The notes below the pieces were generated by a model, which was not told the origin of the DNA, ran no database searches, and worked only from the letters and a program-made list of their open reading frames with translations. From assembly GCA_046545955.1 (NCBI GenBank), contig JBKGYS010000001.1, positions 1-60,867 of the forward strand: DNA of 60,867 nt, given 5' to 3'. Made by a program: the position numbers and the translations under genes. Every line of letters starts with the position of its first letter. Position 1 is the stretch's first letter. This stretch comes from Spirochaetales bacterium. Its GTDB lineage: Bacteria > Spirochaetota > Spirochaetia > DSM-27196 > SKKC01. Positions 36,683 to 45,097 of the stretch are shown here, in pieces.

Positions 36683-38590
36683 ATGAAGCGTTTCAATTTC
36701 CAGTATAAGGTCGCCGCGACAACCTTCATTGTAGTGGTTCTCGCGGTAGCCCTGCAGTCACTCGCCCGGTCGGTGTCCATCGCGATCGTCTCGGCCGATG
36801 AGTCGGTCATTTCGGTTTTCCTGCCGCAGTTCGTTCAGATAGTACAAGGGGTAATACCGATTGTAATTATCCTTTCGGCGTACCTCTTCATAAGTCTTCG
36901 CCCCCTGCGCCAGGTTATCACCGCCATAGAGCGGGATGAACCCGTCTCCGAATCCGCGCGGGTGCGGGCGAGAAGGCTCATCGGACGCCTTCCGGTCGGT
37001 CTCATTATCGGAAACGTGCTCGGCTTTACACTTGGCATCCTCGTGTCGATATTTTCCGATCCGTCGAGCCTGCTGCGAATGGAGGGGCTGCTTCAGCTTC
37101 TAAGCTTCGCTGCCCTCGGTATTGTACTGGCATCGGTACAGATCGGTATAGACGAGATGATTTTAGGGGAACCGCGAAGACTCCTCGGGATTTATGATCT
37201 TGAAAACATGTCCGGATACCGATACGTCAGTATCTTCCGGCGTCGCGCAGTAGTGCTTGTGTCCCTCGTAGTTATGCTTATGACATTTCTCGCGCTTACC
37301 GGACTCGAGGCGGTGCAAACGTTCGGGGACACGGGAATCGATGTCGATCGAGTTGGAATCGCCATGACGGCGGTTATCCTCTACGGTGTCGTACTCGCAG
37401 CGGTAGTCGTTTACACGACCTCGCTCGGCGAGCGCTCCCAGATCAACGCCATGTGCGACAGGCTCGAGACACTCGCCGCAGGCAACGCTTCCCTGAACGC
37501 TGCGATTCCAATTACGCAGTACGATGAAATCGGCGTTATGACTTCCCACATGAACCGGATTATCGGCCGGCAGGAGGAGGTAATGGCCAATATTCGCGCC
37601 GCGGCGGATCGAGTTGTGCAGTCGTCGGGAGAAGTGGAAGGCGTTATCGAACAGACCCGCACCGCAACCGAGCGCTTGAGCAGCTCGATCGAACAGGTCA
37701 ACGCAAAGGCCGAAGAAAACATGCAATCGGTCAACAACACAGGCTCCAACCTCAAAGACATGCTCGACAGCGTAGACCAGATAACCGAACAGGTGGATTC
37801 GCAAGCGTCCAATGTGGAACAGTCGAGCTCCGCGGTTCACGAACTCGCCGAGAGCGTACGGAACGTTTCGAGTACCACCGATCGAGCGAACGAACTCGCC
37901 GGACAAGCCGACCGCGTCGCGCGGGAGGGCGGTGAAGCGGTGAAGGCTTCGCTCCAGAGCATTCATGACATCGAGAGCGCCAGCGAACAGGTCAACTCGA
38001 TCATTTCGGTAATTTCCAAGATCAGCGCCCAGACCAACATGCTCGCTATGAACGCTGCTATCGAAGCTGCACACGCCGGCGATGCCGGTCGAGGATTTGC
38101 CGTGGTCGCCGAAGAGGTCCGAAGCCTTGCCGCCGACAGCGCCGGAAGCGCCCGGGAGATCTCCGACCACATTAAGCAGATGCGCTCGCAGGTGGAAACA
38201 GGCGTTGCGAAAGCGGAAGAAGCGGGAAAATCCCTCGACCGCATACAGAATGACATTGCTCAGACCTCGGAGCTCATCGCCGAGATCGCATCGGCCATGC
38301 GTGAGCAGAACTCGGGAACCGACGAGTTGCTCAGCGGTATCACCGCGCTTGTCGAATCGACCGAGTCGATCCGCGCGGTTGCCTCCGAACAGAAGGAGCG
38401 CAACAATGCCATGCGCACGTCACTCGACGAGCTGCTCGAAAGTTTCTCCGAGATTCAGACCGCGGCGCACGAGCAGACCGACGGAACTCGTGAGATCGTT
38501 CAGTCGTTCAACCGCCTTCGGGAAGTCGCCAGGGAGAACGCATCGGTCGTCGAGCAGCTCCAGGCGGTCAGCGGTAGTCGTTCGGCGTGA
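36683..38590 (+). CDS. Methyl-accepting chemotaxis protein (multi-TM sensor, HAMP, MA domain)
   Basis: 635 aa with the signalling hairpin [34 protein letters not shown]. Confidence 0.85.
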   Translation: MKRFNFQYKVAATTFIVVVLAVALQSLARSVSIAIVSADESVISVFLPQFVQIVQGVIPIVIILSAYLFISLRPLRQVITAIERDEPVSESARVRARRLIGRLPVGLIIGNVLGFTLGILVSIFSDPSSLLRMEGLLQLLSFAALGIVLASVQIGIDEMILGEPRRLLGIYDLENMSGYRYVSIFRRRAVVLVSLVVMLMTFLALTGLEAVQTFGDTGIDVDRVGIAMTAVILYGVVLAAVVVYTTSLGERSQINAMCDRLETLAAGNASLNAAIPITQYDEIGVMTSHMNRIIGRQEEVMANIRAAADRVVQSSGEVEGVIEQTRTATERLSSSIEQVNAKAEENMQSVNNTGSNLKDMLDSVDQITEQVDSQASNVEQSSSAVHELAESVRNVSSTTDRANELAGQADRVAREGGEAVKASLQSIHDIESASEQVNSIISVISKISAQTNMLAMNAAIEAAHAGDAGRGFAVVAEEVRSLAADSAGSAREISDHIKQMRSQVETGVAKAEEAGKSLDRIQNDIAQTSELIAEIASAMREQNSGTDELLSGITALVESTESIRAVASEQKERNNAMRTSLDELLESFSEIQTAAHEQTDGTREIVQSFNRLREVARENASVVEQLQAVSGSRSA

Positions 38591-38823
38591 AGCTCTCGAG
38601 TAGAACCGTCCCGACGTTTTTCACCCTGCTGCTGCTCGGCATGATCATTGGGACTTTCTCATGGGAAATCCTCGAACGTCTGCTTTCGATCGCATCGGTC
38701 CCGCTTGACCTCCGCGTCGGGCCTGTTGGATTCGATACCGGCGTTCTTTCGGTCCGGTTGATGCTGAATCCCGGATCCCTGGCAGGCCTCTATTTCGGGC
38801 ATCGTACGTTTGTAAGGACGTGA
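38587..38823 (+). CDS. Small membrane protein (DUF4321-like)
   Basis: 78 aa with two hydrophobic segments. The GTG start overlaps the MCP stop (GTGA). It lies immediately upstream of maf. Confidence 0.55.
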   Translation: MKLSSRTVPTFFTLLLLGMIIGTFSWEILERLLSIASVPLDLRVGPVGFDTGVLSVRLMLNPGSLAGLYFGHRTFVRT

Positions 38824-38842
38824 TTCGTTCGATTTAAGGTTG

Positions 38843-39463
38843 ATGTCTAACCGTGTGCATACCATGACGAAACAGTCGCCGACTCTGCTCCTCGCGAGCG
38901 CATCGCCGCGCCGAAAAGCCTTACTCGCGAGCCTCGGTGTAGCGTTTGAGACACGCAGCCTCGATGCCGACGAACAGTTCTCCGAGCGCTGGGACCCCGA
39001 ATCGGTGGCCCGCACGCTCGCCGAACGGAAGCTCGGGTGCGTTTACGACTCGAGCGAGTGGGACTACGTACTTACAGCGGACACGATTGTATGCGCTCCG
39101 GTCGCAGACGGCGAGAGAATCCTCGGAAAACCGCGCGACGCGGAGCAGGCGAGCGAGTACTTAACCCTGCTATCGGGCAGGGCTCATCGGGTACTTACCG
39201 GAGTAAGCCTCTCCGGCCGCGCGGTCGGCGGAGTCGAAACGGCAATATCACAGACCATTGTTCACGTAGCACACCTCAGCGACTCGGAGGTTGCCTGGTA
39301 TGTTTCCCTCGAGGAGTGGCGAGACGCCGCGGGCGGGTATCGAATGCAGGATGCCGGCGCGGCGTTCGTAGAGCGGATCGAGGGAAGCGCGAGCAACGTT
39401 ATAGGCTTGCCAATGCGGCTCGTTTATTCTATGTTGCTAACGCATCGTTATCCGTTTCGATGA
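38843..39463 (+). CDS. maf: Maf-family nucleoside-triphosphate pyrophosphatase
   Basis: It has [20 protein letters not shown] and [18 protein letters not shown]. The start is ambiguous among TTG 38840, ATG 38843 and ATG 38864. Confidence 0.8.
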   Translation: MSNRVHTMTKQSPTLLLASASPRRKALLASLGVAFETRSLDADEQFSERWDPESVARTLAERKLGCVYDSSEWDYVLTADTIVCAPVADGERILGKPRDAEQASEYLTLLSGRAHRVLTGVSLSGRAVGGVETAISQTIVHVAHLSDSEVAWYVSLEEWRDAAGGYRMQDAGAAFVERIEGSASNVIGLPMRLVYSMLLTHRYPFR

Positions 39464-39550
39464 CAAAACTTTCCGATTCGCGTTCCCTACAAACCGCACG
39501 GTGAGCGGGAAGCGAATACGAGAACCAGAGAGGGAGTGTTCGGGTAGGAG

Positions 39551-39607
39551 CGCCGAAGTGCGTTATGTGCGCCGAGATGCGTTATGTGCGCCGAGATGCG
39601 TTATAGT
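39551..39607. repeat. Three tandem copies of a 19-bp unit in the rpsB upstream region
   Basis: The copies are CGCCGAAGTGCGTTATGTG, CGCCGAGATGCGTTATGTG and CGCCGAGATGCGTTATAGT, at 39551-69, 39570-88 and 39589-607. The last copy ends in TATAGT, 52 nt before the rpsB ATG. Confidence 0.85.
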
Positions 39608-39659
39608 AACAGCACCGGGGCTGTCTGATCCGTTCACAGAGACTTCAGGAGGAGTATAC

Positions 39660-40673
39660 ATGGCTGTTGTATCCATGAAAAACCTGCTTGAGTCAGGAGT
39701 CCATTTCGGACATCAGACCAAGCGATGGGACCCGCGCATGAAGAAGTTCATCTTCGCCGAGCGTAACGGGATCCATATTATCGACCTGCAGAAGACCACC
39801 GCTGCAATAAAAGAAGCCTACGACGCGGTTCGGCAGACGGTTATGCGGAACAAGTCCGTGCTGTTCGTCGGCACCAAGAAACAGGCACAGGCGGCCATTC
39901 AGCGTGAAGCCGAGCAATGCGGAATGTACTATGTGAATAACCGCTGGCTCGGGGGCATGCTCACCAATTTCGCAACCATTAAAAAGTCTCTTCAACGATT
40001 GAAGAAGATCGAAAAAATGGAGGTCGACGGCACCTTCGAACAGCTCACCAAGAAAGAAGTGTCCGGATTGAACAAGGAGCGCGCTAAACTCGAGCGTAAC
40101 CTTGGCGGTATCAAGGACATGAAGGAGCTTCCCGGCATTATCTTCGTCATTGACACCCGCAAAGAAGCCATCGCCGTCGCCGAGGCGAAGCGCATGGGCA
40201 TCCCGATCGTAGCCGTCGTGGACACGAATAGTAATCCGGAGGGCATCGACTACCCCATCCCGGGCAACGACGACGCGATCCGCGCCATAACGCTATTCAC
40301 ACAGATTATCAGCAAAGCAGTAGTGGAAGCGGACAACGAGATCGGCCTTGAGGTTATCGAGAGCATGCAGGATGAAGAAGACGAAGAATCTCTCGACCAG
40401 GAAGGGCGGCCGATCGAACCGAGTCTCTACGAAAAGGATGACCAAGAGGGCGAGGATGCCGCCGATTCCGAGGCTGAGCACGAAACTGCTCCGGTCGCCG
40501 AAATCGTGGAAGAAGAAGCGGAGGCGGAAGAGGACACTCTCACGGATCAGGACTACACCGACTACAATCCCGATCCCTCCGATGAAAAGCGCAGCCTTCC
40601 CGAACAGGAGTTCGTCGAAGACCGGGTCGCCGACGAGGCCGGCATCGACGAAGAGAAATACTACGAAGAATAA
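39660..40673 (+). CDS. rpsB: 30S ribosomal protein S2 with about 90-aa acidic C-terminal extension
   Basis: The start is ATG 39660 with an AGGAGG SD ([27 protein letters not shown]). The upstream part of track ORF 39501 is rejected. Confidence 0.9.
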   Translation: MAVVSMKNLLESGVHFGHQTKRWDPRMKKFIFAERNGIHIIDLQKTTAAIKEAYDAVRQTVMRNKSVLFVGTKKQAQAAIQREAEQCGMYYVNNRWLGGMLTNFATIKKSLQRLKKIEKMEVDGTFEQLTKKEVSGLNKERAKLERNLGGIKDMKELPGIIFVIDTRKEAIAVAEAKRMGIPIVAVVDTNSNPEGIDYPIPGNDDAIRAITLFTQIISKAVVEADNEIGLEVIESMQDEEDEESLDQEGRPIEPSLYEKDDQEGEDAADSEAEHETAPVAEIVEEEAEAEEDTLTDQDYTDYNPDPSDEKRSLPEQEFVEDRVADEAGIDEEKYYEE

Positions 40674-40703
40674 GAGAAATCACAATCAGCGGAGAGTAAA
40701 CCA

Positions 40704-41552
40704 TTGGCAGTTAGTGCAAGTGACGTGAAGAAGCTCCGGGACAAAACCGGTGCGGGTATGATGGAGTGCAAGAAGGCCCTTGTCGAAGCCGAAGGCGAGT
40801 TTACCAGGGCCGAGAAGATTCTTAAAGAACTCGGTCTTGCGGCAGCGGCGAAACGGGGTGGCCGGGCCACAAACGAAGGCCGGATTTTCACCCATATCAG
40901 CGATTCCAGAGCGGCTATTGTTGAGGTAGCGTGCGAAACCGATTTTGTCGCGCGCAACGAAACCTTCGTAGCGCTCGGAGATGAGCTCGCGGCTGAGGCC
41001 GCAGAACGCGGTCTCAAGGCGCCGGATGAAAGCATGGAGTCCAAGGTCAAGGACGCTATCAGCACCATCAAGGAAAATATGACCGTTCGGCGTGTTGATA
41101 CGCTCGATATCAGCGACTCGCAGCTTGCCGTCGACTATATTCACGGCGAAGGAGGAAGCCTGGGCGTCATCGCCGTTGTTGACGTTGAAAAGCCCGAACT
41201 CAAGCAGAACGAACGCGTTAAACAGTTCGCTTTCGATCTGGCTCTGCATGTAGCCGCTTTCAATCCGACATTCCTTTCCAAAGATACCGTTCCGCAGGAA
41301 TACCTCGACGAACAGGAGTCGGTATTCCGCAAACAGGCGGAAAACCTGGGCAAGCCGGAGAAGGTGCTTCAGGGTATCGTGCAGGGAAAAATGAAGAAAC
41401 ACCTCGCCGAGATCTGTTTTGTCGAGCAGCCGTTCGTCAAAGACGATAAGCGCTCGGTATCGGATGTGGCGAAAGAACTCGGAAAAGAGGTTGGATCGAA
41501 CATTTCGATCGTGGACTTCCGGTATTTCCGAGTGGGCGAGGAAATGGAATAA
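40704..41552 (+). CDS. tsf: Elongation factor Ts
   Basis: TTG start with a GGAGAG SD. The N-terminus is VKKLRDKTGAGMMECKKAL. Confidence 0.9.
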   Translation: MAVSASDVKKLRDKTGAGMMECKKALVEAEGEFTRAEKILKELGLAAAAKRGGRATNEGRIFTHISDSRAAIVEVACETDFVARNETFVALGDELAAEAAERGLKAPDESMESKVKDAISTIKENMTVRRVDTLDISDSQLAVDYIHGEGGSLGVIAVVDVEKPELKQNERVKQFAFDLALHVAAFNPTFLSKDTVPQEYLDEQESVFRKQAENLGKPEKVLQGIVQGKMKKHLAEICFVEQPFVKDDKRSVSDVAKELGKEVGSNISIVDFRYFRVGEEME

Positions 41553-41558
41553 GTCGCT

Positions 41559-42113
41559 ATGCAGGAAGTAATCAAAGACGCCGAAGACCGCATGAAAAAA
41601 TCAATCGAAGCGGTTACCGAGGAGCTCAGCTCCATACGAACCGGGCGGGCATCGACCGCCCTGTTCGACAAGATCAAGGTCGATTACTACGGAGCGCCGA
41701 CTCCGCTCAACCAGCTTGCGACCATCAGCGTCCCGGAAGCGAGGCTCGTTGTTATTCAACCTTGGGATAAGGGCGCGATGGGTGAAATCGAGAAAGCGAT
41801 TCAGAAATCCGAGCTGTCTCTGAACCCCAACAACGACGGAAAGGTCATTCGGATTAACATACCGCCGTTAACAGAAGAACGTCGCAAGGACTATGTCAAA
41901 CTCGCGAAAGAAAAGGCTGAACAGGCTCGCGTTTCGGTTCGCAATATTCGACGTGACTCACTCGACACCTTGAAGAGCCTCGAAAAAGACGGCGATATAT
42001 CCGAGGACGAGCTTAAGCGGTACGAAGACGAGATGCAGAAACTCGCCGACAAATATGTCGCTAAGATAAACGACCTGCTCGAATCCAAGGAACAGGAAAT
42101 CCTCGAGATCTGA
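41559..42113 (+). CDS. frr: Ribosome recycling factor
   Basis: 184 aa with SIRTGRASTALFD, LNPNNDG and PPLTEERRKD. Confidence 0.9.
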   Translation: MQEVIKDAEDRMKKSIEAVTEELSSIRTGRASTALFDKIKVDYYGAPTPLNQLATISVPEARLVVIQPWDKGAMGEIEKAIQKSELSLNPNNDGKVIRINIPPLTEERRKDYVKLAKEKAEQARVSVRNIRRDSLDTLKSLEKDGDISEDELKRYEDEMQKLADKYVAKINDLLESKEQEILEI

Positions 42114-42116
42114 ACT

Positions 42117-42845
42117 ATGGCGAAAAGCGAGGTCCCGGGCATAGATGCCAACGCCCTACCCGGTCATGTCGGCATTATCATGGATGGTAATCGACGCTGG
42201 GCCAAACTGAACGGACTGAAAGCTACCAAAGGGCACGAGGAAGGGCTCAAGAGTGCCAAAGCCGCAGTACGCGCAGCGGTCGAGCTCGGAGTCCGCACGT
42301 TGTCATTTTACACGTTCTCGACCGAGAACTGGAAACGTGACTCGGTGGAGGTGCGGTTCCTCCTGGGCCTGGTAAAACGCCTGCGCGATGAGTTCGATTT
42401 CTACGATGAGCTGGGCGTTAGGGTGGTACACAGCGGAGATTTCGACGGGCTTCCGGCGGAAGTACGCAAACCTATCCGGGAAACAGTCGACTACACGCGG
42501 GCAAATACTACCGTTACCGTGAATCTGGCGGTTAACTACGGTGGGCGTAACGAACTACTCCGCGCAATATCGCGAATGCGGACCGCCGGCGCCTGGGACA
42601 ATCCGGGCGAGATTCCAACCGAAGAGAGCGTACGTAGTTTCCTCGATCAACCCGAGCTTCCCGATATTGACCTTGTGATCCGAACCGGCGACCGATATCG
42701 GCTCAGCAACTTCTTCATCTGGCAGACCGCCTACGCGGAGCTAGTCTTTCGCCCCGTGCTGTGGCCGGACTGGAACGAGGATAGTTTCTACGAGGCTATT
42801 CGAGAATTTCAGAACCGTAAGCGGACGTTCGGGGGCGATTCTTGA
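42117..42845 (+). CDS. uppS: Di-trans,poly-cis-undecaprenyl-diphosphate synthase
   Basis: 242 aa with HVGIIMDGNRRWA, FSTENWKR and RLSNFFIWQTAYAE. Confidence 0.9.
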   Translation: MAKSEVPGIDANALPGHVGIIMDGNRRWAKLNGLKATKGHEEGLKSAKAAVRAAVELGVRTLSFYTFSTENWKRDSVEVRFLLGLVKRLRDEFDFYDELGVRVVHSGDFDGLPAEVRKPIRETVDYTRANTTVTVNLAVNYGGRNELLRAISRMRTAGAWDNPGEIPTEESVRSFLDQPELPDIDLVIRTGDRYRLSNFFIWQTAYAELVFRPVLWPDWNEDSFYEAIREFQNRKRTFGGDS

Positions 42846-43699
42846 AAGTCAGCAACTTCCTGCTTCGTTTCATCGTCTTTATCGTAGGGGTTCCGCTGTT
42901 ATTCTTAGCCGTACTCGCCGTGCCCCATCCCAACTATCCGCTGTTTCTGATAATTGTACTCGCCGCCGCGGCGCTCAGTGGGCAGGAATCGGCCGGGTTA
43001 TTTTTGTATCCCGAGGACGACTACCCGGGAAATCGGATTATCGCCGCTGCGCTCGGACTGGTTATACCGGCCGGGACGACCCTGGTGGTCTTCGAGCTTT
43101 TGCCCGAGCATGGCATATTCGGCCTATTACTCGTGAGTTTTGCGCTGATTAATGCCGGGCAGGTTTTCCGGAAGGGCTCGGAGAGCATCCGAAGAATTAT
43201 CCCGAGTATCAGCGGCCATACAATGACCCTGCTGTACCCCGGTATTTTCCTCGGTTACGCGGTTCGACTCACGACGTTTCCGGACGCCGGAGCGCTGATC
43301 GTAGTTTTTCTGGCTGCCGTATTTTTTAACGATACGATGGCCTACGTCACTGGCCGCCTGTTCGGCGGCAGATCCCAGGGGGTCGTATCGATCAGCCCCA
43401 ACAAGAGCCTCGCAGGCTTTGTCGGGGGCTTAGCGTCTTCACCGCTCGCCATCCTGATAGCGGAGGTGGTTCGGCCCGGTTTATTTCCGCGACATTTCGG
43501 CCTGCAGATCGTGTTCGGCTTACTCGTGGGTCTCGCCGTTATTCTCGGCGATCTGGTTGAAAGCGGAATCAAGCGCTCGGCAGGCGTTAAGGACTCGGGC
43601 ACCCTCATTCCCGGGCGGGGCGGTTTGCTTGATTCGATCGACTCGCCGGTATTCGTGGCACCGTTCTTCTATTATCTTTACATGGTGTTCTTCCTTTGA
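42842..43699 (+). CDS. cdsA: Phosphatidate cytidylyltransferase
   Basis: 285 aa and polytopic, with the CdsA signature SGIKRSAGVKDSGTLIPGRGGLLDSIDS. There is a TTGA overlap with uppS. Confidence 0.85.
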   Translation: MKVSNFLLRFIVFIVGVPLLFLAVLAVPHPNYPLFLIIVLAAAALSGQESAGLFLYPEDDYPGNRIIAAALGLVIPAGTTLVVFELLPEHGIFGLLLVSFALINAGQVFRKGSESIRRIIPSISGHTMTLLYPGIFLGYAVRLTTFPDAGALIVVFLAAVFFNDTMAYVTGRLFGGRSQGVVSISPNKSLAGFVGGLASSPLAILIAEVVRPGLFPRHFGLQIVFGLLVGLAVILGDLVESGIKRSAGVKDSGTLIPGRGGLLDSIDSPVFVAPFFYYLYMVFFL

Positions 43700-43741
43700 A
43701 GCGCCGCAACACGCTATACTTGTGAGCATTAGGGTTTTTTT

Positions 43742-45094
43742 ATGTTTCTGATCATTGTACTCGGACTGTTCGGTCTCGGTCTAGTCGTATTTGTGCACGA
43801 GGCCGGACATCTGCTCGCCGCGAAGGCCGTGGGAGTGGAAGTTGAGGCGTTTTCTATCGGATGGGGACGCACGCTAATATCACGCAAGTGGGGTGATACC
43901 GATTATCGGCTGAGTCTCTTTCCCCTCGGCGGTTACTGCAAAATGAAGGGGGAGGAGTCGTTCCAGAAGGCGGTCGAAGAAGACGCAGAAGAGCTGCCGC
44001 GGGAACAGGGGTCCTTTTACGGAGCCAGTGTGTGGCGGAGGGTTGTAATTCTCGTTGCAGGTCCGGCTGCAAACTTTATTTTTGCAGTAATAGTTCTCTC
44101 GCTCATCTGGTTTTTCGGGTTTTCTTTCGAGACGTTTGAGAACCGTATTGTCATAGCATCCGAGTATCAGAACGGTGCGAGCGAGGAGTCACCCGCGGAA
44201 TCCGCCGGCCTGGAGACGGGAGATCGGATCATCTCGATAAATGGTGACGAAACCCCCTATTTTCGCAATATTCAGCAACAGATCGCTTCCTCGGCCGGCC
44301 GACAAATTACTATGCAGGTCGAGCGAAACAGTGAGACGTCAACAGTGGAAACAACTCCCCGCCTCGACCCGGCAAGCGGTGCCGGCGTAATCGGCATCGC
44401 GCCCTGGATCGATCCGGTCGTGGACACAGCCTCCGGCAGCGCCCGCGTGGCGGGTTTACAACCCGGCGACAGAATTCTGCGAGTCGACGGCCGGGATATT
44501 CAACACAGTCTGGAGTTCTCCTCCGCGCTTCGCGACGGCGGAGCCAGCGTAGAAATCGAGTATGAGCGTGACGGAGAAGAATATACCACACGACTCGCTC
44601 CCGATAGTGAAGACGGAGTTCGGGTGGCCGGAATAACCTTCGCTACGGTAACCGGCGAGAGTCGCGAATACGGATTCGCAGGCGCCGTCGCGCGCGGTAC
44701 GTCGGAAACATTCGAGACCATGGCCCTGACCGTTCGCGGTATCGGTACGCTCTTTCGTGGCGTCGACGTAACGCAGGCGGTAGCCGGCCCCGCTCGGATC
44801 GTTTACCTTACCGGCGAAGTCGCCTCGCAGGGTTTTGATGTTGGACTCGGGGCGGGTGTCTCTTCGCTTTTCAATTTTCTCGGTCTTTTAAGTGTTATCC
44901 TTTGTTTTATGAATCTTCTGCCGATTCCGGTCTTCGACGGCGGACAAATCGTCATAAGCCTTGCCGAAGGAATCCGACGCAGACCGTTCACGCCCCGTAC
45001 AATGCAGCGGTATCAGATGGTCGGCGCCCTCATAGTGTTCGCCCTGCTCATATTCGCGATCACAGCCGACTTTCTTTTCTTCACAGGAGGATGA
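43742..45094 (+). CDS. rseP: RIP site-2 metalloprotease RseP (M50) with PDZ domains
   Basis: 450 aa with HEAGHLLAA (HExxH), two PDZ-like segments, and NLLPIPVFDGG. Confidence 0.85.
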   Translation: MFLIIVLGLFGLGLVVFVHEAGHLLAAKAVGVEVEAFSIGWGRTLISRKWGDTDYRLSLFPLGGYCKMKGEESFQKAVEEDAEELPREQGSFYGASVWRRVVILVAGPAANFIFAVIVLSLIWFFGFSFETFENRIVIASEYQNGASEESPAESAGLETGDRIISINGDETPYFRNIQQQIASSAGRQITMQVERNSETSTVETTPRLDPASGAGVIGIAPWIDPVVDTASGSARVAGLQPGDRILRVDGRDIQHSLEFSSALRDGGASVEIEYERDGEEYTTRLAPDSEDGVRVAGITFATVTGESREYGFAGAVARGTSETFETMALTVRGIGTLFRGVDVTQAVAGPARIVYLTGEVASQGFDVGLGAGVSSLFNFLGLLSVILCFMNLLPIPVFDGGQIVISLAEGIRRRPFTPRTMQRYQMVGALIVFALLIFAITADFLFFTGG

Positions 45095-45097
45095 GCC

